A stretch of 64,000 nucleotides of DNA from the human T2T-CHM13v2.0 reference genome, Homo sapiens. Every line of letters starts with the position of its first letter. Within the stretch, counting starts at the first letter, position 1. Made by a program: the position numbers and the translations under genes. Where the stretch lies: the NCBI RefSeq assembly GCF_009914755.1, contig NC_060941.1. One strand, given 5' to 3'. Below, in pieces: positions 22,159-40,099 of the stretch. Below the pieces are notes generated by a model. It did not search any database. It was not told the origin of the DNA and saw only the letters and a program-made list of their open reading frames with translations.

Positions 22159-22961
22159 TAGTCTCAAGCTCCTGGCCTCAAGTGATCCACCCGCTTCAGC
22201 CTCCCAAAGTGCTGGGATTACAGGCCTGAACCCCCGTGCCCAGCTGCCTTTTTAACACTGAATAATGTTCCATTGTATGGATATCGCACACTTTGTTTAC
22301 CCCTTCATCTGTCAATGAATGGACACTTGGGAGATTGCCTTAGTTTTAACCTAATGTCTATTTTCTGACCCAGGATCCCATCCAAGATATCACATTTATT
22401 TAGTCATCATATCTCCTCAGGCTCCTCAAGTCTGTGACAGTTTCTCAGACTATCCTTTTTTTAATGACCTTGATGGTTTTGAGGAGTATTGGTCAGGCAT
22501 TTTATAGAACATCCCTCCTTTGGGATTTACCTAATGTTTTTCTCATGGTTAAACTAGGGTTATCGGTTTTACGAAGGAAGACTACAAAGGTAAAAGTGCC
22601 ATTTTCATCACATCAGGTCAAGAATACATACCATCAGGCCGGGCGCAGTGGCTCACACCTGTACTCCCAGCACTTTGGGAGGCCAAGGCGCGTAGATCAC
22701 TTGAGGTCAGGAGTTCAGGACCAGCCTGGCCAACATGATGAAACTCTGTCTTTACTAAAAATATAAAAAATTAGCTGGGCATGATGGAGTAGGACTGTAG
22801 TCCCAGCTACTTGGGAGGCTGAGGCAGAAGAATCGTTTGAACCTGGGAGGCGGAGGTTACAGTGAGCCGAGATCGCACCACTGCAGTCCAGCCTAGATAA
22901 CAGAGGGAGACCCTGTCTCAAAAAATAAAATAAAAAAAAGTACATACTGACAACCTGACTT

Positions 22962-22971
22962 ATCATCATCA

Positions 22972-23034
<63 letters not shown>
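22962..23034 (+). repeat. Compound microsatellite (ATC)n(ATT)n(GTT)n
   Basis: Seen directly in sequence; tail of a minus-strand Alu. Confidence 0.95.
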
Positions 23035-23408
23035 TGAGACAGAGTCTCGCTCTGTGGCCGGGCTGGAGTGCAGTGGTGCGATCTTGGCTCACTGCAACTT
23101 CCACGCCCGGCCTGACTTCTCATATTGATATTGACTTTGATCACCCAGCTGAGGTTAGCATTTGCCAGGTTTCTCTAAATTTACTCATTTCTCTCCCTTT
23201 CCACACTGTAATCTTTGGAAGGAAGTCTTTATGCCAGCTCACATTTAAGGAGTGGGGAGTTATGCTCCACTGGTTGAGGGCAGACTATCTACGTAAGTTA
23301 TTTGAAATTCTTCTGGCTGAGAGATTTGTTAAGAATAGGTTTTACGGCTGGGCGAGGTGGCTCACGCCTGTAATCCCAGCACTTTGGGAGGCCAAGGCAG
23401 GCGGATCA

Positions 23409-23621
<213 letters not shown>

Positions 23622-23970
23622 CTAAAAAAAAAAAGAATAATTTTTATTTTTATTTTTTTTGAGACGGAGTTTCGCTCTTGTTGCCCAGGCTGGAGCGAAG
23701 TGGCGCGATCTTGGCTCACTGCAACCTCCACCCGCCAGGGTTTAAGCAATTCTCCTGCCTCAGCCCCCCGAGTAGCTAGGATGACAGGCACCCGCCACCA
23801 TGCCTAGCTAATTTTTTTGTATTTTTAGTAGAGACGGGGTTTCTCCATGTTGGCCAGGCTGGTCTGGAACTCCTGACCTCAGGTGATCCACAAGCCTCAG
23901 CCTCCCAAAGGGCTGGGATTACAGGCTTGAGCCACCGCTCCCAGCCTACTTTTTACTTTTTTTCCCCTCA

Positions 23971-24087
23971 TGTCAGATCATCAAATGGGTATGTGCTGAC
24001 GTCCACATCGTAACAAGGTTGGAGGGAGGCACGTCTTACACATGACCATGAATACCTGATCCTTATGCTTACGAACAGCAAAAGAAT
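23971..24087 (-). pseudogene. U13 (SNORD13) snoRNA retrocopy
   Basis: Reverse strand ATTCTTTTGCTGTTCGTAAGC...GTGCCTCCCTCCAACCTTGTTACGA...GCACATACCC...TCTGACA followed by an A-rich tail; box D (CTGA) intact, box C degenerate. Confidence 0.85.
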
Positions 24088-24381
24088 CTCTCTCTCTGTT
24101 TTTGAGAGAAAGTCTTAACTCTCTCACCCTGAGTGAAGTGCTGTAGAGCCATCATAACTCACCGCAGCCTCAAACTCCTGTCCTCAAGCAATCCTTTCAC
24201 CTTGGCTTCCCAAAATGCTTTACATTTTTTAAAAGTTGAAATGGGTGGGGGCACAGTGGCTCACGCCTGTAATCCCAGCACTCTGCGAGGCCAAAGACAG
24301 GCGGATCCCTTGTGGCCAGGAGTTTGAGACCATCTTGGACAACATGGTGAAACCTTGTCTCTACTAAAAGTACAAAAATTA

Positions 24382-24597
<216 letters not shown>

Positions 24598-24862
24598 TCA
24601 AATTTCAGAGTCCACAAATAAAGTTTTATTGGAACACAGCCATGCTCACTCATTTAAATATTTTCTACAGCTACTTTCTTGATAAAACAGTAGAGTTAAT
24701 CGTTGCAAAAGAGACTGTATGGCCTTCAACACCTGACATATTTACTATCTGGCCCTTTACAGGAAAAGTTTGCCAACCCGTGCTCTAAGGTTTACAATAC
24801 GCATCTTTAGTTTATCACAGTTTTCCTCCAAACAACATTATATCACATCATGTAAAAGTTAG

Positions 24863-25075
<213 letters not shown>

Positions 25076-25459
25076 TAGTAGAGACGGGGTTTCACCGTGT
25101 CAGCCAGGATGGTCTTGATCTCCTGACCTTCTGATCCGCCTGCCTCGGCTTCCCAAAGTGCTGGGATTACAGGCGTGAGCCACCGCGCCCGGTTAAACTG
25201 GCATATTTTCTTTTCGCCCCTTTATGCTTCATGGTATTGTTATCATACATTTTATTTCTACATATGTTATAAACCCCATAGTACATTGTTATGCTTTTTT
25301 CTTTAGGTAGCTGATGATCTTTTAAACTAAATTTTAAATGAGAAAAATATATTTTACATTTACTCACATATTTTCCATTTCTTGTTTTATTTATTCCTTT
25401 GTGTAGCTCCAAGTTTCCATCTGGTATCACGTTCCTTCTGCCTGAAAAACTTTCTTTAA

Positions 25460-25764
<305 letters not shown>

Positions 25765-28700
25765 TAGTCTCTTTAACATTCTTATAGTGTAGGTCGACTG
25801 ATGCCAAAGTCTCTTACTCTTTGTGTGTGTGAAAAAGTCTTTATTTTGCCATCATTTTAAAGATATTTTCACTTGGGTTAGAGATCTACGTTGAGAGTAC
25901 TTTTTTTCTCCACAACTTAAAAAATTGTGTTCTATTATCTTCTGGCTTACGTTGTCTCTGACAATAAGTCCATGATAATTGTTATCTTTGTCCTTCCATA
26001 TACAATGTCTTTTTCCCTCTGGCTTCTTTTAAGATTTTCTCATCATCTCAGATTTTCAGCAGTTTGATTATAATGAATCTTGCTGCCGTTTACTATCTTT
26101 ATAGTTGGTATTGAGATTCTTGGATCTTTGAGTTTCTAGTTTTCATCAAAGTTGGAAAACTTTTGGTCATTATTTCTTCAAATATTTTTCTGTTTTCCTG
26201 TTTCTCCTCTCTTTCTGGACTTCAACTACAAGTATGTGAGAGCACTTGATATATCCTGGGAATAACCATGGCTCTGTTATGTTTTTGGTTATTTCTTTCC
26301 ACGTTCTTCCTTTCAGAAACTTTTTGCTGATAATGTCTTCATATATCTTCACGTTTACTGACCTTTTCTTCTGTGATATTTCATCTGCTGTTAATCCCAT
26401 CCATTCAAAATACATTCAAATTATATTTAGGGCCGGGCACAGTGGCTCATGCATGTAATCCCAGCATTTTGGGAGGCCAAGGCAGGTAGATCACCTGAGG
26501 TCAGGAGTTTGAGACCAGCTGGGCCAACATGGTGAAACCCTGTCTCTACTAAAAATACAAAAATTACAAATACAAAAATTAGCCAGGCTTGATGGCAGCA
26601 CCCGGATAGTTTCACCAGATAATTGGAATTAATAAAAAATGAAGAATCAAGTGGAGTCTTAGAGTGGTGAAAAAATATAATAACTGAAATTGAGAATTTA
26701 TTTCACAGGACAAAAGGCAGATTAGATAGAGCAGAAGAGGGAATTAGTGAATTGGAAGCAGGTCAGTAGAAAATACTTTGCTTGTAGCATAGAGAGAAAA
26801 AGGAAAATTGGTGAAATAGGAATCCATTCCCTCTTCTGCTCTATCTAATCTGCCTTTAGTCCTGTTAAATAAATTCTCAATTTCAGTTACTATATTTTTT
26901 TCCACTCTAGGACTCCACTTGATTCTTCATTTTTTATTAATTCTAATTGTCTGGTGAAACTATCCAGCTGCCCACCACCAAGCCTGGCTAATTTTTGTAT
27001 TTGTAATTTTTGTATTTTTAATAGAGACAGGGTTTCACCATGTTGGCTGGTCTCAAACTCCTGACCTCAGGAATTTCACTAGCTACTCAGGAGGCTGAGG
27101 CACGAGACTCACTTGAACCCGGGAGGCAGAGGTTGCAGTGAGCCAAGATCACACCACTGCACTTCAACCTGGGCTAGGTTTAAAAAAAAATCTATATTTA
27201 GATTTTGTGATTTTCATCTCAAATATAATTTCAATTTGTCAGTCTATGGTTGTTTCTTTGGAGGAATATGCTTTTGTTTTCTTGGTGCTTTCCAGATTTT
27301 TCCCTTTGAATTTAATATTTTGCAGTTTAAGTACAATGTGCCTAAGTATGATTTCTTTGTATTAAACCTGTTTAGCTTGATGTCTTGTGTTAGTTATAGA
27401 AAAATTTTGGCCAGTAATATTGTCTCTACCCCATTCTCTCTCTCTTCTCCTTTTTGGACTCCAGAAATACCTATGACAGAAGTTTTTATTGTGCTGCATA
27501 TAATATTAATGACATTTTTGTGTTCTCTACCCTTTTTCTGTCTATGCTACAATCGAAGTATTTTCTACTGACCTGTCTTCCGATTCACTAATTCCCTCTT
27601 CTGCTCTATCTAATCTGCCTGTAGTCCTGTGAAATGAATTCTCAATTTCAGTTATTATATTTTTTTCCACTCTAGGACTCCACTTGATTTTTCATTTTCT
27701 ATTAATTCCAATCATCTGGTGAAACTATCCAGCTTTTCATCTATTTTCTTATACAAAGTAATGATAGTTAGTTCAAAACTCCAACTGATAACTCCAGTAT
27801 CTGGATCTCCTGTGAGATTGTATTTTCTATGGTTTGCTTTTCTCTTGGTTTTCAGGTATTAGTCCAGTTTCTTCTTCACATGCATGGATGTTTTTCAATC
27901 CCTTCTAAGTCATAGTAGAATTTTTTTTAACTTTGAAGCAGTCTCAAATGTACAGAAAGATCACAACTATAGTACAAAGAACATTTTTCCTGAAATCATT
28001 TGAGATTAAGTTGCCATCACCACTCAAACACTTCAATTTGTAATTCCTATGAACAAGGACATCCTCCTAGGTAACCATAAAACTACCATCAAAATCAGGA
28101 AATTAACACTGGTAGATTACTGCCAGCTAATCCACAGCACAGACTCTATTCAAATTTCACCAGTGTGCCCAATAATGTTTTTATGGCAAAAGGATCCAGT
28201 ACAGTATCACATATTCCATGTAGTTCTCAGTTATCTCTGGTCTTTTTAAATCTGGAACAGTTTTTTAATCTGTTCTTAACTTCGATGACACTTTCATAGA
28301 TTATGAGCCAGTTATTTTCTAGAATGCCCCTTAATTTGGGCTCATTCAGTGTTTCTCCATGATTAGATTCAGGTTATGTATTGTGTGCAGGAATATCACA
28401 GAAGTGATGCTGTCTTTCTCACTGCATCCTATAGATGGTACATGATTCTAATTTATCCCATTGCTGTTGATGTCCACTTTGGTCATTTGATTAAGGTGGT
28501 GTCTGATAGGTTTCTCCCCTGCAAAGTTACTGATTTTCTCTTTGTAATTAATAAGTATTTTGTGGAAAGGTGCTTTGAGAATAAGTAAATAGCCCATTCC
28601 TCAACAAACATCCCACGTATTCATGTATTTACAACAGTATAGAGTCATGGATTCCTATTTTATTCTGTAAGTTATAATCCATTGATATTATTATTTATTG

Positions 28701-29303
28701 TGACGCTCAAACTTTCCAGCTGCAGCCAGTGGAAGCCCCTTCTAGCTGGCTTCCGTATTGTTTTGACACGTCTCCATTGCTCATTCTTTGAGCACTTCTC
28801 TTTTCTTTTTTTTTTTTTTTTGAACAGCTTTATTGAGGTATAATTCATGTATGTTACAATTCACCCATTTAAAGTGTACAATTCAATGGTTTTAAGTGTA
28901 TTCACAGATACGTGCCACCATCACCACAGCCAATTTTAGAACACTTTCATTACCTCTAAAACAAGTCTTGTAACATTTAGCTATCATCCCCCTATCCTCC
29001 CACCCACTCCAGCCCCTGGCAGCTACTAATCTACTTTCTGTCTCTGTATATTTCCTTATTCTACATAGTTAATACAAATGGAATCATACAATATGTAGTC
29101 TTTGGTAACTGGCTTTTTTCACTTAGCATAACGTTTTTGAGGTTTATCCAGGTTATAGCATGTACAATTACTTCATCCTTTTTTATGGCTGAATAATATT
29201 CCATTGTAAGACTGTACTATATTTTGTTTATCCATCCATTGCTGGGCATGGGGGTTGTTTCTAACTTGTGGCTATTATGAAAAATGTTATAAAAATTCAC
29301 ATA

Positions 29304-32788
<3,485 letters not shown>

Positions 32789-33002
32789 CACAAGTTTTGT
32801 ACAAACATAGGTTTTCATTTCTCTTGGGTATCCTTAGGAATGGAATTGCTGGTTCCTATGATCACTCTGTTTAATCATTTCTGAGCACTTTATTTTCTGG
32901 CACAAGAGGATTCAGGCTTATCTTGTACTTTCCCTGCCTTATCCCTGTAATTAGCCATTTTGCTAAGGAGCCCTGGTTTCTTCCAGTGGACAATGGCACT
33001 TA

Positions 33003-33338
<336 letters not shown>

Positions 33339-33441
33339 CTATCAAAGCATGATGTAAGCTGATTTAAAAAAAAAAAGGCGCTGGGCGTGGTGGTTCATGC
33401 CTGTAATCCCAGCACTTTGGGAGGCTGAAGCGTGTGGATCA

Positions 33442-33657
<216 letters not shown>

Positions 33658-33708
33658 TCAAAAAAAAAAAAAAAAGGCTTGGGTGCTAACTACACTCATT
33701 ATTATTAA

Positions 33709-34215
<507 letters not shown>

Positions 34216-34517
34216 TGACCTCTTGGGCTCAAGCGATCCTCCCACCTCAGCCTTCTGAGTAGCTGAGACTACAGGAACGTACCCCTGCGTCCAGCAAATT
34301 TTTTGTATTGTTTGTAGAGACAAGGTCTCACCACATTGCCCAGGCTGGTCTTGAACTCTTAGGCTCAAATGATCTGCCCATCTTGGCCTCCCAGAGTGTT
34401 GGGATTACAGGCATAGGCCCCTGCACCCAGGCTTCTTTTCCATATTATAATTCTCTTTGCCAACAGTGAGAAACCTAGCTCACTTTTTCTCACTGGGTCA
34501 GTTCTACTGAATATAAC

Positions 34518-34930
34518 TGTTCTGCAGTGGGCAGGTCCAGGCAAACCTATCCCCAAAGGTAATGAAGCTATTCCCAAAAGTGAGGAAGCTGAGAGGCTAA
34601 AGAAAGAGGCTGACAAACCCAGTTTCTCAGAAAGAAACATTTAACAAGGAATTAAAACGAGAAGTCACGTCTGACATCAGCAAGCAAAATGGCGGATCCC
34701 CACACTGTTGCCCCCCAACCCCAGGGCTTGTATACCACAGGGCGGCAATGTTAGGACAGTTGAAATCGGCCCCCTGGGGAAAGGCAAGAATGCTATGTGC
34801 AGATGCCTAAGGGCAAGATTTAGCTAACAGTAGTTAAAGTAGATATCTTAGACGCATCCCTGGAACTGGGGTTACTCAGAAGTCAACATGGCAGATTAGT
34901 ATCCAAGATGGATTTGCTTTAGCCTCCACG
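34518..34930 (-). mobile_element. ERV solo LTR (LTR47-like)
   Basis: Reverse strand begins gtggaggctaaagcaaatccatcttggatactaatctgccatgttgacttctg. Confidence 0.6.
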
Positions 34931-35611
34931 GCAACCGATATCCCATGCCCTCCACCCCACCCAGACCCTCCTCAGCGATCCTGGGCTCTGACACCCTGCC
35001 CTGGGCCAGCCTACAACATGGATGCCTCTTTGTCCCTCAGACTCCAGCATGCCACGTCTTTACCCACACGGAAGCAACCCTCAGCCTTCGTGGGCTCTGA
35101 CACTCTGCCTGGGGCCACCCTACCCTCACCTCCCCACATGGACGTGCTCCTCCACTCAGGCTCTGAGGTTGCACATCGAGCTCCCCCTGGATGCCCTGCC
35201 CACTCCTGCAGGAATGCCCTTCTCATCCCCCTTGAACTCCCCTTCTTGGGGCTTGGCCACTACCCTGGCCAGATGCCCTCTTCACCTTTCTCATGACTCA
35301 CTCTCCCTTGCTGAGCTGGGACCCAAGTGGACATCCTCCCTACCTTGCTTGGGTTTTAACATCCCACACTGGGCTGCCCTCCCACTTGGATGTCCTCCTC
35401 TGTCCCTCTTTCTCCTGCTCTGGCCACCCCCAACATCGGCAACACCCTCCTCACTTAACTTGAGCTCCAGAACCATTTGCTGAGCCACTGCATCTCCCAT
35501 CCACCCTACCCCTGGGGACCCCTGCTTACTCCACCCTCCCCAATATCTTCTGGACTGAATTGTTTTTGTTTTGTTGTGTTTAATGTCAACCAGAAGACTG
35601 AATTGTTTTTG

Positions 35612-35766
35612 AAGGGAAGGAAAGGAAAAGAAACGGAAGAAGAAAAAGGAGGAGGAGGGGAAGAAGAGGAGGAGAAAGAAGAAGGAAAAGGAAGAAGAAA
35701 TAGAGAAGAAAACGGAGGAGAGGAGGAAGAAGGTGGGGAAGAAAGAGGAGGAGGAAGAGGAAGAGA
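35612..35766 (+). repeat. GA-rich (GAA/GGA) low-complexity tract
   Basis: Seen directly in sequence; reads as poly-Ser/Phe on the minus strand. Confidence 0.9.
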
Positions 35767-38700
35767 GCTGCCTGGCCAAATTTTGTGGAATGTTGGATGT
35801 TGCGGGTGACAGACTGTAGAGGCTGTGGCTGATGTCATCTTCTTTCAGGGAGAATTTGATTGCCTCCTGGTAGCCAGATAGCATACAGGGAAGTCATCTT
35901 GATGCAGTGAAGCTGGTCTAGGTCCAGTTTGCCCTTATTCCTGGGTGTGGCTCTTTCCAGGGTCTCACCTGTAAGCCACATTGATGGAAGTAGAGACCGT
36001 GCTTGCAAAAAAAATTGAGGCTGGGGTGGGGAGGAGAGAGCCCAGAGGTGATCTGGGGGCTCAGGAGCGCAGGATGGTGGGGGGACACTAGTGTGTATTT
36101 GTCGGTGGATGGGAAGGAAGTTCATCAAGTGGGAGGTGGAGGCAGCCCAGGGAGAACAGGGACTGTGGGTGGCAGAGCAGGAGGGTAGGGCCCTCTGAGC
36201 CTGGGGGACAGCAGGGGTTGCAGGTGGGGGTGGGGGGAAGCCAGCAAGCTTGCTTGTTGGGGGTATAGGATTGTGGTAGGGTCCTGCCTACCTCCCTGTG
36301 GAGAAGCTGGAGAGGGGCAGGGCAGCCCCGGTGGTGTGGGCAGATGGAGAAGGGATGGGATGCAGTGAGGGACTGGGGCTCAGGTGGAGGAGGGGGCCAA
36401 ATGTGGGGAAGAGGCTCAGTGAAGGGAGGGACCCTCCGCGGGGAAAGAGTTCAGTGAGAAGAGCGGGAGGCGTCATGGAGGCCCCATCTCTTTATCTAGC
36501 TGGGGCCATCTGAGAGCAGTGACTGTACCCCCATCCAACTCTGTCCCTCCCCCGCAACATGGAGGCCCCAGCCCAAGACTTGCAGTGGGGAGTGGGGGGG
36601 CAGCCTCCAGTGTTTGTTCTTGTCCAAGGCTGGGGTGGGGAGCAATAAGCCAAGGCCCCAGACTTTCCGCCTCATGGTGGGTGTGGGCCAGGGAGGTCCT
36701 GCACCCACTGCCCGCCCTCTAACCAGGGGGCTGAGACTTTCGCCCCTGGGTGCTGGTGCCTAGGAATGGAGGCAGGGAAAGGGCTGGGGGCTCACTCTCC
36801 CCTCCCTCCATGCACTGCAGGGGCAGGCAGTGGGACAGGCAGTCGAGCTGGATTTGTTTCTCATTCGCTCTTGGCTCCTCTGGTGGAAAAATCGAAGCGC
36901 TCCCCCTGGTACTGCTGAGGCGGAGAGGGTGAGCGTGGCTGGGAGGCTGTCCTGGCAGGGAAGTCCAGGGGCAGGCGGGGCCTGGCCGGGGAGAGGCTGC
37001 CCCCTGCTCACAACCCCCTTCCCAGCCCTCTTACTTCGACGTGGCTCTCTAGGCCCAGTGGGAAGTCCTGCCTCAGCTGAAGTGGAGGGGCCGGGCCAGG
37101 GAGGAGGTCGGACTGGGCTTGGGTTCAGCCTCAGGCTCGTAGCACCCTCCTTCCCTGGGCCTGTCTCTAGAGCAGTCTCCCAAGGGTGATTTAAAATCCC
37201 CCGAGGGTCTTCCAAGGAAGTGCTGTCAAGCTGCAGCAGGAGGGGGCCGAGTCAGACCTGGGACAGGCTTTCTCAGCATTCAGACTTTGCCTAAGTGGGA
37301 GGTGAGCTGTGTACTAGGAGGGGAGGGTTCCACAGGCAACTGCTGGATATTTCCTGAACATCCAGGGACATGAGAAGCCTTTTCTGTACATCATCCCATG
37401 TGGCCCTCACAGACACCCCAAGGTCAGTATTAGCCATCCCATTTACAAAAATTTTTTTAACACACACGGTTTTGCTCTGTTGCCCAGGCTCCAGTGCAGC
37501 GGCGCAGTCATAACTGAAGGCACCCTCTAACTCCTAGGCTCAAGCAATCCTCCTGCCTCAGCCTCCCAAGTACCTAAGACTACAGGCACAAGCCACCACA
37601 CCTAACTCATTTATTTTTTTTGAGGAAGGGCCTCATTATGTTGTCCAGGCTAGTTTCAAATTCCTGGCCTCAAGTGATCCACCCACCTCGGCCTCCCAAA
37701 GTGCTGGGATTACAGGGGTGAGCCACCATGCCTGGCCCCATCCCATTTTACAGGTGAGGGACTTGAGGCTCCATGAAGTCAGGTGCCCCACTCAAGGGGC
37801 TACACAGCCTCTACGTGGCAGGGCTGGGATTTGAACCCAGTTGTGTCTGGCTCTTTCCCAAACACTGGAAAAGGCAGGCCTTTTTCCCCTCCACCCCAGG
37901 GCCCGGGAGCCCCTGAGCAGCTCCTGGGTGGGGCTGCCCCACAGGGAGACAGCCTTGGGGGAACCCAGGAGGTCTTTGGGCTGTGGCCTGTCTCTGTGGC
38001 ACAGTGGGGTGCCTCGGGAGATCTCCCCTCCACCTACCCTCCTCTTGTGGAGTTGGACCCACCCCCACCCCATTTTTTCAGAGGGCCCTCACCCCAGCCC
38101 TCTCCATCCCGGTGGAAAGAGGAGCCCAACCTCTTTCCCTCTGGAATCCGCTGCCTCGGCTCTCCGATGGAGAGACCATCTGGAGTGCATTATGGGCAGA
38201 GGAGAAAGCCGAGAGCAGGAAAATGTGAGTTGGCCCCAGCAGCTCCCGTCTGCAGGGGGGCGGCGGGGGCTCAGGGGATGGGCCAACCGCTGCCTCCACC
38301 TCCCCAGTCCCTAGAAGGGGCAGATAAGAGATGTGCTCAGGAAAGGGTGGCCAGGAGAGGGCAGGGCCCAGGCCTCCAACACCCTTGCAGAGCCCAGTTT
38401 GAACCTGCTAATCTTGCCAACCTGCCCATTTCACAGAGAGAAGACTGAGGTCCAGAGAGGGGTAGTAACTTCCCCAGGGCCACACAGCAACCCTTTCACA
38501 AATATGCACATGCCAGTGGGCACTGAAAGTCTCCAGTGTTGGGGGCAGGCGGAGTTAGCGCTGGGAGTGGGAAAGAGGCCGGGGTCAGCCTCCAGAGTAA
38601 AGTGAAGGCGCAAAGCCTCATGCAAACATCGAGGAATGCCTTCATTGTTTCGAGGTCTCTCTTCCTGGCCTCCCAAGCCCACTCCCTGCCCCAAGTGCCA

Positions 38701-40099
38701 CCCTTCCCTGGCACCTGATCCCTGAGGACGTTGGGTCCTGGGGTGGGGGCCTCTGGGCTCTTCCTCTGGGTCCCAGGAGCCCCCTCCCCACTCTGTGGCC
38801 CCAGCTCCAGACTTGGCAAGGCAAGCCGGAGTGAGGTTTCTCCACTCCCTCCCAAGTGCTGTGCTGGCGGCTCCCGAAATAAAAATCAAATGTGGGCTTG
38901 GCAAAGGGAGCGGGGTGGGAGAAGCAGCGGCAGCAGGGCTGGGGCTTCATTCTTTCCATTGTAACTTCACCTCCTAACCTCTGGCATTTTAATTATGTCT
39001 CCTACCCCCCTCACTCTGCCTGGGCCAGGGGGTGAGCTCACCCTTTCCTCTAGCCTGGGAGGGGGCAGCTGCTGCCTGGACCCCCAGTCCCCGGCCTGCT
39101 CGGGGGAATCTGGGTGGCGGCCATGCTGGGGGTGTCGGCCTCAGGCTCCCTCCAGCTTCTCCAGTCTCAGAGGGGCCTGGAGAGGGGCCCAGCCCCCAGA
39201 CAGCCAGCCGACACCTCAAGTTCCATGTGTGAATCATTAGTCTTCACACCCACTGCTCCATTTAGTGGTGGCCACTGTCCTAAGGCAAGGCACGGCAGGC
39301 TCACCAGCCCATTCTATGGATGACTTAGCCATCATCGTCTGCAGGGCCAAGCCTGGGCCCAGGCCTATCGCTCCTGGTTCTGCACTCTTTCCAAACCCAG
39401 GAAGAGGGGCAAGAACAGCTCAGGCCTGATAATTTGCCTTATCTCTTCGAGTGTCCGTTTTTTTCCAATGGTAAGTGATGGAAAGCATTATTTTGATACT
39501 AAAACATACAAGGACATAGCATGGGGTAGGAAGTAAAATGCCTGTGAAAGTTCAAGGTAGAAAACAAATCCTCAAGGAAGATCTCGTGGGGCTCTCTGCA
39601 GGCGGGCCCCAGGGAGTAGCATCCTCCTCCTTGGCATGGCTGTGGACTGGAGTGAGATGCAGTCATATGTGTTTGTAGCCAGTTTGTGCAGACCCAAGGC
39701 TGCTGTGGAAGATGCCAGTGGGTGCTGGGTGCTGGGTGCTGGCAGGCAGCCTTGGCCCACCCCAGGATGCAGAGGCCTTCTTCCCTCCAAGGCCCACAGT
39801 GGGAGTCCTGCCGACTCTCTCCGTCTCCTGGGGAGGGAAACCTCCACAGGACAAGCAGCCTGTGTGGGGGTGGGGGCTGCCTCCACGGACAGTGCAGGCA
39901 CAGGGCAACCTTGACTGTGAGCCCAGGGCCAGCACCCAACCACCCCAACTGAGGCTTCCTCTCCATCCTCTGGGAGGTCCCCCGCCACACTGCCTTAGAG
40001 GCCCAGCCCCTCGAGGAAGCCCTCAGTTTTCTTCTCTCTTGCCCTCCCAGTCTCCCCAAATGCATGTTCCATCAGCAAACTCTGCCCCAGGCCTTGCTA

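Noticed and set aside
22715-23144. Poly-Asn/Thr/Ile ORFs
   Set aside because: Translations of a compound microsatellite in an Alu tail
35780-36020. BEN-domain-like reading (ARSLL...ETL...KLDLDQLHCIK...AIKFSLK)
   Set aside because: It needs two frameshifts, and the same bases are better explained by in-register BAHCC1/TNRC18 C-terminal motifs followed by the Ser tract
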